Below are positions 49,565-59,564 of a DNA stretch of 64,000 nucleotides, piece by piece. The position numbers and the translations under genes are program-made. Every line of letters starts with the position of its first letter. The stretch's first letter is position 1. The notes beneath the pieces were generated by a model, which worked only from the letters and a program-made list of their open reading frames with translations, was not told the origin of the DNA and did no database searches. Location: assembly GCA_038824035.1 (NCBI GenBank), contig JAWBBW010000001.1, positions 32,001 to 96,000 on the forward strand, read 5' to 3'. The stretch comes from Desulfurococcaceae archaeon (lineage in GTDB: Archaea > Thermoproteota > Thermoprotei_A > Sulfolobales > Desulfurococcaceae).

Positions 49565-51391
49565 ATGCATGGATGGTGGGGCGAAGTCCTATATATAGAT
49601 CTATCGAGGAGGAAGGCCAGGCCTATAAGTATTGATCCGAAGATCTACTCGGAATACATAGGTGGCAGAGGCCTCGCGATTAGATTACTATGGGATTTAA
49701 ACCCGCGTGGCGTAGACCCGTTGTCCCCCTATAACCACCTAGTTATAGCCACTGGGCCTTTATCTGCCATGCCATTGCCAAGTAGCGGTAAACTGGTAGT
49801 GGCGTCTAAGAGTCCCTTAACAAATGGATATGGAGATGGCAATATAGGCTCTCTCGCCAGCTATCATATCAGGAGAACTGGTTTCGACGCGATTGTAATC
49901 GCGGGCAAGGCCAAGAAGCCGATATATCTCTATGTGGAGAACAATAAAGTGGAATTTAATGATGCGGATGATTTATGGGGGTTAGACACGTTCACACTCG
50001 ATGAGATCCTTGTTAAAAGACATGGTAGAAATGTGGGCATATTAAGCATTGGCCCGGCAGGAGAGAACCTGGTCAGATATGCCACTATTGTATCGCAGAG
50101 AGGTAGAAGTGGTGGAAGGCCTGGATTAGGCGCGGTAATGGGGAGTAAATACTTAAAGGCAATTGTCGTGAAGGGGACGCGTGAGCCAGTCATCGCTGAT
50201 AAGGACAAGTTACGGATTATCGCGGAGGAGGCATATAAGAAGATCCAGAGTAGCGATAGTTACGAGTTCTGGATAAGGCAGGGAACGATGGCTACAATAG
50301 CCTGGAGTCATCAAAACAGTTGTTTACCCACGATGAATTTCAGAGAAGGCGTGTGGGATTACTATGAAACCATAAGCGGAGATCTGATGGAGAAATTAAA
50401 GATCGCGAGAAGGGGCTGTCCATATTGTAACATGCAGTGTGGTAATGTAATACTAGACGACTCACTCGAGGAAAGCGAGCTCGATTATGAAAACGTTGCA
50501 ATGCTTGGTAGCAATATATTGTTGGAGGATCTGAGGAAAGTGGCTGAGATCAATAAATTGGCCGATAAACTAGGACTAGACACTATAAGCCTTGGAAACG
50601 TGCTCGGGTTCTTCATGGAGGCCTGTGAGAAAAAGCTTGTTGATGAAAGAGTTGAGTGGGGTGATTACAAGAGAGTGAGAGAACTAGTCAAAGACATTGC
50701 GTATAGAAGAGGCGTCGGCGATTTTCTAGCAGAGGGCGTGATGAGGATGAGCATGGGTCTTGGTAAAGAAGCCAGGGTTTTTGCAATGCATGTGAAAGGA
50801 CTAGAGATCTCCGCTTATGATTGCCATGTAGCCCCTGCAATGGCCCTCGCATATGGGACCTCGCCTATAGGGGCCCATCACAAGGATGCGTGGATTATCA
50901 GTTATGAAGTCAAGACCGATAGAATGGGCTACACGGTTGACAAGGTCGAGAAACTGGTGTTTCTACAGGACATGAGAGGGGGTATGTTCGAATCCCTCAC
51001 CACTTGTAGATTTCCATGGGTTGAGGTCGGCTTGGACCTGGATTATTATCCAAGAATGCTCACAGCCGTCACTGGTATTGACTGGAGCCTTGACGATATA
51101 AGAGTAGTCTCCAATAGGATATATACGTTGATCAGGGCTTTCTGGATACGCGAACACGGTGAATGGGACAGGGAGAAAGATATACCGCCACTCAGATGGT
51201 TTAAAGAGCCATTGACCAAAGGCCCTTATGCCGGCAAACACCTGGATCTCGGCAAATACAATGAAATGCTCAGTGCGTACTACGAGATGCGTGGATGGAG
51301 TGAAAATGGTATTCCAAGGAGAGAGACCCTGGATAAATTAAACCTGGGATTTGTAACAGGTGTATTAGAGGACCTAGTGGAACTTGGCTGA
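49565..51391 (+). CDS. tungsten aldehyde:ferredoxin oxidoreductase family
   Basis: KSPLT, GRPGLGAVMGSK, CPYCNMQC, EYE-like DYEN, DKLGLDTIS, VKGLE, GAHH. Confidence 0.93.
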   Translation: MHGWWGEVLYIDLSRRKARPISIDPKIYSEYIGGRGLAIRLLWDLNPRGVDPLSPYNHLVIATGPLSAMPLPSSGKLVVASKSPLTNGYGDGNIGSLASYHIRRTGFDAIVIAGKAKKPIYLYVENNKVEFNDADDLWGLDTFTLDEILVKRHGRNVGILSIGPAGENLVRYATIVSQRGRSGGRPGLGAVMGSKYLKAIVVKGTREPVIADKDKLRIIAEEAYKKIQSSDSYEFWIRQGTMATIAWSHQNSCLPTMNFREGVWDYYETISGDLMEKLKIARRGCPYCNMQCGNVILDDSLEESELDYENVAMLGSNILLEDLRKVAEINKLADKLGLDTISLGNVLGFFMEACEKKLVDERVEWGDYKRVRELVKDIAYRRGVGDFLAEGVMRMSMGLGKEARVFAMHVKGLEISAYDCHVAPAMALAYGTSPIGAHHKDAWIISYEVKTDRMGYTVDKVEKLVFLQDMRGGMFESLTTCRFPWVEVGLDLDYYPRMLTAVTGIDWSLDDIRVVSNRIYTLIRAFWIREHGEWDREKDIPPLRWFKEPLTKGPYAGKHLDLGKYNEMLSAYYEMRGWSENGIPRRETLDKLNLGFVTGVLEDLVELG

Positions 51392-51418
51392 ATTATTTTT
51401 TATCAAAGCCCTTTTTTC
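51392..51418 (+). terminator. oligo-T tracts after the AOR gene
   Basis: Two T6 runs directly after the stop. Confidence 0.4.
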
Positions 51419-51442
51419 TAATCCCTAGTTTAGTGATTAGCC

Positions 51443-51814
51443 ATGATTATGGTTGGGAGAGTTGTGAGCGGGTTTGGAGAGGGTGGGAAATACGTTGAAA
51501 TATACATGGATGTAATAGAGAAAGTGCTCGGCATAAAGCCGTATCCGGGCACTCTGAACGTAGAGATATTGATAGGTAATCCCGAGATCCTTTATGGGAA
51601 ACTTAAACCAGTGATCATAAGCCCGCCTGGGCCTGGTTATGGAGAGGTCTATGCCTATAAGGCGAGGTTGAATGGTATTGCAGTGTTCTTAGTGAGACCG
51701 GCCAAGACAAGGCATGATATCAAAATAGTGGAGGTGATTTCGGACAAGTATATCAGGGGGTTATTGAAACTGAGAGACGGGGATCAAGTGATCATAGAGG
51801 TCGATGACCCATAA
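51443..51814 (+). CDS. ribK: CTP-dependent riboflavin kinase
   Basis: GRVVSGFGEG, PYPGTLN, EVIS...LRDGD. Confidence 0.88.
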   Translation: MIMVGRVVSGFGEGGKYVEIYMDVIEKVLGIKPYPGTLNVEILIGNPEILYGKLKPVIISPPGPGYGEVYAYKARLNGIAVFLVRPAKTRHDIKIVEVISDKYIRGLLKLRDGDQVIIEVDDP

Positions 51815-52790
51815 ACCAGTGATTACTGAACTAGGTGATAGTGTTTTGAGGAGGAAAGCTGTCGAGATATTGAATTTCACCAAGAAATTCGGGGATTTCA
51901 CGGCCGTTGATAACCTTGTCCTCGACATCTACGAGGGCGAGATCTTCGGTTTACTGGGTCCAAATGGCTCTGGTAAAACAACCACGTTATTGACCATAGC
52001 CACTGTGTATAGGCCGACTAGCGGGGACATATACGTGTTCGGGCACAGCGTAACGAAGGAGGATTACATGGTGCGGAAATTCGTGGGCATAGCGTTCCAG
52101 GAGCCGAAAGCCATGTGGATGGATAAGCCATATGACATATTGCTATGGCATGCGAGGGTAGTTGGGTATTCCCATGAAGAGGCCAGGAAAGTTGTGAGAG
52201 ATGTCATGGATACTCTTGGCCTATGGGAGCATAGGAATAAGTATTTCTACCAGTTAAGCGGGGGTACTCGTAAGAAAGTGGAGCTTGCAAAAGTGCTGAT
52301 ACAGAGGCCTAAAGTAGCCATATTAGACGAGCCCACAGCACAGGTGGATGTGTTATCGAAACATGCCTTGTGGGATCAGATAAAGAACTTGCAAAAAGAG
52401 GGCTCGACCATAATAATAGCCACGAACGACATGTTCGAGGCCGAGAAAGTATGTGAGAGAGTAGGGATAATACATGCTGGAAAACTAAGAGCACTAGGTA
52501 CAATAGAGGAGTTGAAAGACATGATCCCCCGTGGAGATGTCCTCGAGATCCATGCACCTAGTCCAATACCAGTGGATCTCTTGAACGAGTTGAACACCGT
52601 TTATGGCAGAGCCAAGTCAAACGGGAGTAATGTCGTATTTATATACCTGGAACGCGGCGAGGAGAAGGTGCTAGAAATAGTGGATGTCTTTAGGAAATAT
52701 GGGGTCAAGATCTCCAAGATAATAATGAAAGAGCCATCACTGGATGACGTCTTCACGTATTTAACAGGTGCCAGGCTCAGGGAGGGGTAA
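51804..52790 (+). CDS. ABC exporter ATP-binding subunit (DrrA-like)
   Basis: GPNGSGKT, LSGG, LDEPT, PSLDDVF. The H-loop His is replaced by Asn (ATND). Confidence 0.9.
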   Translation: MTHKPVITELGDSVLRRKAVEILNFTKKFGDFTAVDNLVLDIYEGEIFGLLGPNGSGKTTTLLTIATVYRPTSGDIYVFGHSVTKEDYMVRKFVGIAFQEPKAMWMDKPYDILLWHARVVGYSHEEARKVVRDVMDTLGLWEHRNKYFYQLSGGTRKKVELAKVLIQRPKVAILDEPTAQVDVLSKHALWDQIKNLQKEGSTIIIATNDMFEAEKVCERVGIIHAGKLRALGTIEELKDMIPRGDVLEIHAPSPIPVDLLNELNTVYGRAKSNGSNVVFIYLERGEEKVLEIVDVFRKYGVKISKIIMKEPSLDDVFTYLTGARLREG

Positions 52791-52791
52791 G

Positions 52792-53601
52792 TTGATTTCT
52801 CGAAAGGACCTTGAAGATTTCTTGCACATCATTGAATGGGATTTGATGAGGCTAACCCATGACAAGGCTTTCATAGCTATGCGTACGGCGTGGTTCCTGG
52901 TGCAGGTATTGGTATTTGCACGCGCGATCACGGCTATTGTTAGTGCGAATTTACGCGATGTGCTCGGCATGGATTATTACCACTTCTATTTAATGGGCAT
53001 ATATGTGTCATTGTTATACTCGATCAGCATATCAAGGGGCTATGTTATAGCGGATGAATTCGACGACGGCATTGTGGAATACCACTTATCCCTTCCTGTT
53101 AAAAGAGGTATATTGGTTTTTGGCAGGGTTTTCGGTAGTTCTCTCTCAGCCTTGTTGTTTTCACTGCCAATGATGACTATAACATACATCATTCTGGGGG
53201 TCAAGAACATGGTGTCTATCCTCGTATCAGTGTTAGCGGCTTTCATGTTTTCATGTGGAGTTGTCAGTTTCGTGATATTGATAGTTCTGAACATACGCTC
53301 CATAGACGCGACTGATATATTGATAGGAGCTATAGACGCATTCGCGATCAGGCTAAGTAGTATATTTTATCCATTACCAGTAATCGAGGCAATGGGGCTA
53401 ACACATTATTACTTGGCCGCGCTTGTCAATCCGTTAACTAATTTCGCGGATTTCCTCAGAACACTTGTATTCCCAGAATACACTTTGTACAAGCTATCGC
53501 CACTAGCCATGGCCCTATATGTCCTTGGACTAGTCATGGGGTTGGTGATATTGGCAATAGAGTACTATGAGAGAAAGCTCGAAGCCGGGGGGTGGAAATA
53601 A
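52792..53601 (+). CDS. ABC-2 type permease
   Basis: Six transmembrane segments, LSLPVKR, FYP, NPLT. TTG start after a GGAGG SD. Confidence 0.85.
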   Translation: MISRKDLEDFLHIIEWDLMRLTHDKAFIAMRTAWFLVQVLVFARAITAIVSANLRDVLGMDYYHFYLMGIYVSLLYSISISRGYVIADEFDDGIVEYHLSLPVKRGILVFGRVFGSSLSALLFSLPMMTITYIILGVKNMVSILVSVLAAFMFSCGVVSFVILIVLNIRSIDATDILIGAIDAFAIRLSSIFYPLPVIEAMGLTHYYLAALVNPLTNFADFLRTLVFPEYTLYKLSPLAMALYVLGLVMGLVILAIEYYERKLEAGGWK

Positions 53602-54369
53602 GTGTGGAGAGTTGTTCTAGACATGTTACTAATTGCTCACAGGGATCTAACTAGGTTTTGGAGAAACAAGTACTGGCTAGCCGGGCAGGTCGCAATGAAC
53701 CTGGCAGACATAGTCGTATTTGGCCTTATATTCAGGGGGATAGTCAATCCTGATCTAATACCAGATTATGTCAGGTTTATAACCCCTGGAATACTGAGTC
53801 TCTCAATATTCATCTCCTCGTTTAGTATTGGAAGGGAAGTCGGTGTGGAGCTTCGTAGAGAGGTGACCCATTACCTTATCTCACTCCCCGTTAAGAGGAC
53901 AAGCCTTGTTATGGGTAGAATACTGGGTGGTGTTCTTAGAGGCCTGATTTACCAGTTCGGGTTCCTGGTGTTGGCGTCCATGATACTAAGTCTCCCAGGT
54001 CCATTTGAATGGGTGATCATAGTTCTAACCACGATGATGCTCTCCATCGTGATATCTTGTCTCTCAATATCCATATCAACTATTACACGGAATTTCAATT
54101 TGCAGGCAACTATAAGGTCCTTGACGTATTATATATTGTTTTTCATATCGAACATATTTTACCCAGAAGTGGCTATAAAGGCGAGGCTAGGCCCTCTGGC
54201 CCCTATTGTCTCGTATTCACCGTTGTCAATGGCGACTAATTTATATAGATGGGGCTTTAAATATAACCCCAATGTCGATATAGTCTTCAATCTCGCAGGG
54301 CTCTCGTTATGGGCCTTAGCGATATTGCCAATTGCCTATAGGGTTTACCTGAGAAATCTAATCAAGTGA
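53602..54369 (+). CDS. ABC-2 type permease
   Basis: Six transmembrane segments, FITPG, ISLPVKR, SNIFYP, SPLS. Confidence 0.85.
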   Translation: MWRVVLDMLLIAHRDLTRFWRNKYWLAGQVAMNLADIVVFGLIFRGIVNPDLIPDYVRFITPGILSLSIFISSFSIGREVGVELRREVTHYLISLPVKRTSLVMGRILGGVLRGLIYQFGFLVLASMILSLPGPFEWVIIVLTTMMLSIVISCLSISISTITRNFNLQATIRSLTYYILFFISNIFYPEVAIKARLGPLAPIVSYSPLSMATNLYRWGFKYNPNVDIVFNLAGLSLWALAILPIAYRVYLRNLIK

Positions 54370-54441
54370 GAAAACCTATCTAACTTTAAAAACCATATAT
54401 CATAAATTTAAGCTAGTATATGGGTGAATGAGGGGCTACAC

Positions 54442-54723
54442 ATGTCCACCCGTAGAAAGACAGATAAACCCATTAGTGAGGAAACAGGGCCTGATGTATC
54501 ATTGTACATGACTATAAAGGTAGAAGACATCTTGAAGAAGATACAGAGCGAGGTTTCGAGAAAAGCTGTTAAGTATTATACGCCCTATACACTTGCACAG
54601 GCCTATGGCATAAAGGTGAGTTTCGCTAAGCGCGTATTGAGAGAGGCGGTGAAAAGGGGGATCTTAGAGCTATATAGCCCAGGGAGAAGATCCCCAGTAT
54701 TTGTGCCACGTCAATCGAGATAG
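54442..54723 (+). CDS. rps25e: 30S ribosomal protein S25e
   Basis: YYTPYTLAQAYGIKVSFAKRVLRE...RRSPVF winged-helix pattern. Confidence 0.85.
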   Translation: MSTRRKTDKPISEETGPDVSLYMTIKVEDILKKIQSEVSRKAVKYYTPYTLAQAYGIKVSFAKRVLREAVKRGILELYSPGRRSPVFVPRQSR

Positions 54724-54776
54724 AGGAAATCCACGACAACAAGGTTTTAACCCCACGTATCGTTATTATTTACGAG

Positions 54777-54852
54777 GCGGCGGTCGTCTAGCCTGGATCA
54801 GGACGCCGGCCCCCCAAGCCGGAGATCCCGGGTTCAAATCCCGGCCGCCGCA
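54777..54852 (+). tRNA. tRNA-Gly(CCC)
   Basis: GCGGCGG/CCGCCGC stem, anticodon arm CCGGC-CCCCCAA-GCCGG, GTTCAAATC. TATA-like TTTTAA about 30 nt upstream. Confidence 0.95.
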
Positions 54853-54884
54853 TTATCCTTCACATCGCTGATTATGGTGATGTA

Positions 54885-54911
54885 GTTAAAAATATGCCGA
54901 GTATTTTTAAC
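54885..54911. repeat. perfect 10-bp inverted repeat with a 7-nt spacer
   Basis: GTTAAAAATA-TGCCGAG-TATTTTTAAC, 32 nt downstream of tRNA-Gly. Confidence 0.7.
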
Positions 54912-54982
54912 GCGTCCACGTGTTGGGGACATGCCTAGTGATTTAAAAATACCACGGTACATTGCCTTGTTAAATTACGGGC

Positions 54983-55543
54983 TTAGAAATTCCTGGTTAA
55001 CAAGACTATGTAGATGTTGATTATCACGATACCGTAGATCTCTAGTAGAGCCACTGATGGCCACTTGACAATAAATGCCCCAATAGGCCCTGTGATAGCC
55101 AGTATTGCCAGTGACATTGCATGTGGTGTTTTACTCTCGGATGCCATGCCTATGGAGGTTGCCAACATGGCTAGCCATATCTGGATGAAAAACCACGTGG
55201 AGATAAACACATGTGGTCTTGTGCCACTCGGGAAAACGCCGATCAGCGATAGGAATATGCCCGCCACAAATATCAGTGCAGATGCGAAAACATGTACCTT
55301 GTTGATCGACCTGTAAGCCAGGTAAAGGGAATATATGCATGTCACAACCCCTGTCACGATCAAACCTGTGTTATATATCCATGGGTTATTGGCCATGCCG
55401 GGATCCCCGAGATCGCTCAGTGCATGTTTAAATAGGTCAAACCACGGGTTATAAGTTATAGATATCGCTATCACGATCCAGGCAAGGATAACAGCCAAGA
55501 CACCTGTAAACCTCCAGAGATTTAAAAACCACTTGGCTTGCAC
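54983..55543 (-). CDS. DUF998 family membrane protein
   Basis: NPWF...HALSDLG...YN motif, GVFP...H, hydrophobic throughout. Confidence 0.8.
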   Translation of the reverse strand: MQAKWFLNLWRFTGVLAVILAWIVIAISITYNPWFDLFKHALSDLGDPGMANNPWIYNTGLIVTGVVTCIYSLYLAYRSINKVHVFASALIFVAGIFLSLIGVFPSGTRPHVFISTWFFIQIWLAMLATSIGMASESKTPHAMSLAILAITGPIGAFIVKWPSVALLEIYGIVIINIYIVLLTRNF

Positions 55544-55851
55544 ATCATGTCACCTCTACGGAAAGCATCATATATATCAATGCTGGGGGTGATTTAAATG
55601 TTCCTGGGAAACACTAGGGCGTGTAATATATTCATGTTCCCGACATGTTCGCGGAGATAGTTATGTAATCGTCTCACCTAACACTCTCTGTGAAAATCGG
55701 TCTAAATCCATGTGTGAACGATGTATCAACATGGTTGAATAGATGTCCATGATAACGACGATGCTGTTCACGGGGCTATACAAACCAGTGCCAGTGCTTA
55801 GGATACAAGGATTTAACTTCATGAACAGTATTAAAACTTGGTGAAAACAGC

Positions 55852-56610
55852 TTGATAGATTACGAGGCTCTGCATAACGACGTAATAATTGTTCTCAGGC
55901 CTAAGGGAGACCCCGTTGGTTATAAGTTGTTCACTGAGAGAATTGATGGATTACCGTATTTCAAGGGCAATCTAGCCCTGTGCCAGGTGATAAAACAAGT
56001 GGCTATACTCGGCAAGGTGCTCGCGGTGAATTCGGATAATGTCGATGCATGTGTGGTCGGGACTTATGTGCTCGGGTTCAAGGAATTGCCAGGAGATTTC
56101 ACTGAGAGATGGGTAACGGAGCGTGGAATGAGCGAAACAGTGGTTAAACAACTCATCACGAGGATTCACGTGCTTGAAATGGGCAAATACAAATCAGCTC
56201 TCTTCGCGCCTCTAAGGCATTATAAGAGGCTGAATATGGATCCAGATGGTGTAATACTAATTGTGAACTCGGCACAGGCATACATAGTCCTAGCCGGTTT
56301 CTTCGATAGCACAGGGGTAAAACCGCAATCAGATTCCAATGGACATGCTGCTTGTGAATTAGTGGTCCCTCCATTAAGGGGTAAGAGCCCGTGGTTGACA
56401 ATACCATGTGGTGGTGCTAGAGCCCTGGCAGAGGCGCAGGACGATGAGCTGTGGATCAGTATTAGGCCAGAGGACTTGAAGAAAACACTGGATAGATTGA
56501 AGGCAGTGGGGATGAGGTATCCACTAACAGTGTACCAAATGCTGATAACTCAGCCCAATCCGGCACATCCATTGACACGCCTGATCTCTAGAAGTAATGC
56601 GATCGATTAG
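55852..56610 (+). CDS. DUF169 family protein
   Basis: PVGYK, LCQ, C...LG, AACE, PCGGAR...DDEL. Confidence 0.8.
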   Translation: MIDYEALHNDVIIVLRPKGDPVGYKLFTERIDGLPYFKGNLALCQVIKQVAILGKVLAVNSDNVDACVVGTYVLGFKELPGDFTERWVTERGMSETVVKQLITRIHVLEMGKYKSALFAPLRHYKRLNMDPDGVILIVNSAQAYIVLAGFFDSTGVKPQSDSNGHAACELVVPPLRGKSPWLTIPCGGARALAEAQDDELWISIRPEDLKKTLDRLKAVGMRYPLTVYQMLITQPNPAHPLTRLISRSNAID

Positions 56611-56756
56611 AGCACCCTGGTCACCGGCCATTTAACCATTTTTCCACGTAATCCACATATCCCCACGATCTTCTCAGCTCCCAGGGAAACATGAATACGC
56701 ATAGTATTCTCATCGTTAGATTCTTAATACGAGGAATTTATATTACCTAAAGGTGC

Positions 56757-58301
56757 ATGATATTGCCCTTTGGCTCAGACCCCTTGATCACCATGTTCGA
56801 GAACATTAATACAGATCCCTATATCATCCTGAAATCCATCCCAGCCCCCTATAAAGGCCCATTTAAACCCTCTTGGAGCTCTCTGAGAAAATACAGGGCT
56901 CCTAAATGGTTCATGGACTCTAGGTTCGGCGTATTTATCCACTGGGGCGTTTACTCTGTCCCAGCCTTTGGCAACGAGTGGTATCCAAGACACATGTATA
57001 TACCCGATAGACCTGAATACCGATATCACTTAGAGAATTTCGGGCCCTTAACAATGTTCGGCTATAAGGACTTCATACAGATGTTCACAGCCGAGAACTG
57101 GGATCCCGATGAATGGGCAAGGCTATTTAGGAAAAGTGGAGCTAGGTTCGTTATCCTCGTTGCCGAACACCATGATGGTTTCTCGCTATGGGATTCCAGT
57201 TACACTAGATGGTGTGCGCCTAGAATAGGCCCTAAGAGAGATATCGTTGGAGAGCTCAGAGAGGCCGTTGAGAGACAGGGGCTCGTGTTTGGCATATCCT
57301 ATCACAGGGCTGAACACTGGTGGTTTTTCGAACCCGGTATGAGAATTGAATCGGATGTCAGAGATCCAAGGTATTTGGACTTATATGGTCCAGCCCAGCC
57401 AGCTTCACTAGACCCTAGGGCATCGCCTTCGAGAGACAATATCCCCCCGAGCAGGGAATTCTTAATGGATTGGCTATTGAGGCTAGTGGAGATCGTGGAG
57501 AAGTATCGTCCATGGGTGGTGTACTTTGACTGGTGGATTGCAAATCCATCTTTCCAACCCTATCTAAAGGCGTTTGCTGCATATTACTATAATAGATGTC
57601 ATAGATGGGGAATCGAGCCCGTCATAGTGTATAAACATGGAGCTTTCGAAGAGGGCACAGCCATACCGGATCTCGCGGAACGGGGCACGTTGAGGGACAT
57701 ATATCCCTCTATATGGCTCGCGGACACCTCAGTAGATCGTAAATCATGGGGTTTCATAAAGGATGCTGATTACAAATCCCCTGAAACACTGATAGCACAT
57801 ATGGCTGATGTTGTGAGTAAAAATGGGGTGTTTCTATTAAACATAGGGCCTAGGCCCGATGGCACTATACCCGAGGAGTCTATTAGAATACTTCTAGATA
57901 TAGGGGAGTGGTTTAAACTATATGGGGAAAGCATTTACGGATCAAGTCCGTGGAGAATATATGGCGAAGGGCCCATGGAGATGTCGAGAGAAGGGTTTTT
58001 CACAGAGAACGAACTCGTGTTCACCGGCAATGATGTTAGATATACCTTGAGAAATTACTATCCCGGTCATAGCTGCATATACGCAATGGTGCTTGGAAGA
58101 CCAGGGGAGGAGATAGTGTTGAGGGCTTTTACCGAGCACATGAAGTTGTCTGAAAATGAGATATTAGATGTGAGTATTCTGGGCATTGGGAAAAAACCTG
58201 AATGGAGCATTGACATGGATGGCTTAAGGTTAAAAATACCTGTAAACGAAATCAAGAGATATCCATGTGTTATAAGGATTATCACTAGGAAATCTCATTG
58301 A
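56757..58301 (+). CDS. alpha-L-fucosidase (GH29)
   Basis: KWFMDSRFGVFIHWGVYSVPA, AEHHDGF, YFDWW nucleophile motif, VSKNGVFLLNIGP. Confidence 0.93.
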   Translation: MILPFGSDPLITMFENINTDPYIILKSIPAPYKGPFKPSWSSLRKYRAPKWFMDSRFGVFIHWGVYSVPAFGNEWYPRHMYIPDRPEYRYHLENFGPLTMFGYKDFIQMFTAENWDPDEWARLFRKSGARFVILVAEHHDGFSLWDSSYTRWCAPRIGPKRDIVGELREAVERQGLVFGISYHRAEHWWFFEPGMRIESDVRDPRYLDLYGPAQPASLDPRASPSRDNIPPSREFLMDWLLRLVEIVEKYRPWVVYFDWWIANPSFQPYLKAFAAYYYNRCHRWGIEPVIVYKHGAFEEGTAIPDLAERGTLRDIYPSIWLADTSVDRKSWGFIKDADYKSPETLIAHMADVVSKNGVFLLNIGPRPDGTIPEESIRILLDIGEWFKLYGESIYGSSPWRIYGEGPMEMSREGFFTENELVFTGNDVRYTLRNYYPGHSCIYAMVLGRPGEEIVLRAFTEHMKLSENEILDVSILGIGKKPEWSIDMDGLRLKIPVNEIKRYPCVIRIITRKSH

Positions 58302-58378
58302 ATAGGAACACCATATTACCCAGTCACTCGGAGATCCCGGTTATTTGTTCAGTGGTTTTGCCGGGCCACGATGTAATC

Positions 58379-59491
58379 TCAGTAATCATTGCCCAGTAAG
58401 AAGACGTTTCCAACCCATGTATTTCTAAGCCCATTTTCACGAGCTATTTTCAACGCCTTTTCAACGTGTTTTCTACTAGTTCTCGGTAAGTCCACTAGGA
58501 GGTAATCCGGATGGAAACCTAGGAATATGTATGGTATCTCCGGGTTCAAGCTGGCTATGTACTTTGTCATCTGGTCTATTTCATACTCATCAATATATCC
58601 TGGAACAAGCAACGTGGATATAACCAGGAGTGGTGGTTTCTCCCTGAGCCCTATGTGAGAAGCAACTAGTTTTATGTTCTCGCGAATCACATGTACATGT
58701 CTTTCATCGATATCGCAGAGAGCCCTATACACCTCTGGACTCCACGCCTTGAAATCTATCTTGACTATGCCTCCACTCACTAGACTCAGTTCTATTGCTT
58801 TCTTAAATAGGAATGGGTTCCACAGGCCATTTGTCTCCCAGCATATCCTGAATACCCGTAAACCCAGCGACATAGCCCTATCCCGCATTCTTCTAGCGGC
58901 GATTAATGCGTGAGGCGCGTATGGCCCTGGATCGCCTCCAAAGAAACAAACACACGTTGTCTTCTCATTCACTGATTCCACGAGGTCATCTATATTTAGT
59001 TGTGGCCTTGCCTTGGACACCATTTCCCTATACTCCCAGTTCTGGCAATAAAGGCAATCCATGTTACATCCCCCGTAGAACACAGCGATGTTGTAATAGC
59101 CGCGTTCCCCTCTAGGGGATAACGCGTACTTTGGATAACCAATACCCATGGCGGCCGGGCACACGGGTGTCGCTACACAATTTGTTGGATGTGGATCGTA
59201 GTAATACATGCCAACGGCCTTGTTGAGATCACCTGTAATCGACACCACTTTGCCTTTTTCAAGAACTCTATAACCACAATACCCCTTGGTTGAAAACAAA
59301 CAATTTCTCCCACACACTTTGCACTGAGTCATTGAATCCTCGTGCACAATTACCCGTAGACCGAAGATTTCACGAGATGTGGAATGAAGCCCGCTTAGGT
59401 CGATCCTCTTCTCTCTAATACAATTAACACATGCGTTCAATACATTGCTTACTGTGATTGATTCTTTATTGCAATAAGCGCATTTGCCCAT
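58379..59491 (-). CDS. radical SAM protein (PFL-activating / AmmeMemoRadiSam-like)
   Basis: GCNMDCLYCQN, FGGDP, WETNG, IDFKA, Cys-rich N-terminus. Confidence 0.88.
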   Translation of the reverse strand: MGKCAYCNKESITVSNVLNACVNCIREKRIDLSGLHSTSREIFGLRVIVHEDSMTQCKVCGRNCLFSTKGYCGYRVLEKGKVVSITGDLNKAVGMYYYDPHPTNCVATPVCPAAMGIGYPKYALSPRGERGYYNIAVFYGGCNMDCLYCQNWEYREMVSKARPQLNIDDLVESVNEKTTCVCFFGGDPGPYAPHALIAARRMRDRAMSLGLRVFRICWETNGLWNPFLFKKAIELSLVSGGIVKIDFKAWSPEVYRALCDIDERHVHVIRENIKLVASHIGLREKPPLLVISTLLVPGYIDEYEIDQMTKYIASLNPEIPYIFLGFHPDYLLVDLPRTSRKHVEKALKIARENGLRNTWVGNVFLLGNDY

Positions 59492-59564
59492 TTTTCCACA
59501 TCAATAATATCTCCTTGCCAAGGACTTGAAAAACGTTTGAATAATACGAGGGGTATTTAAGGCA

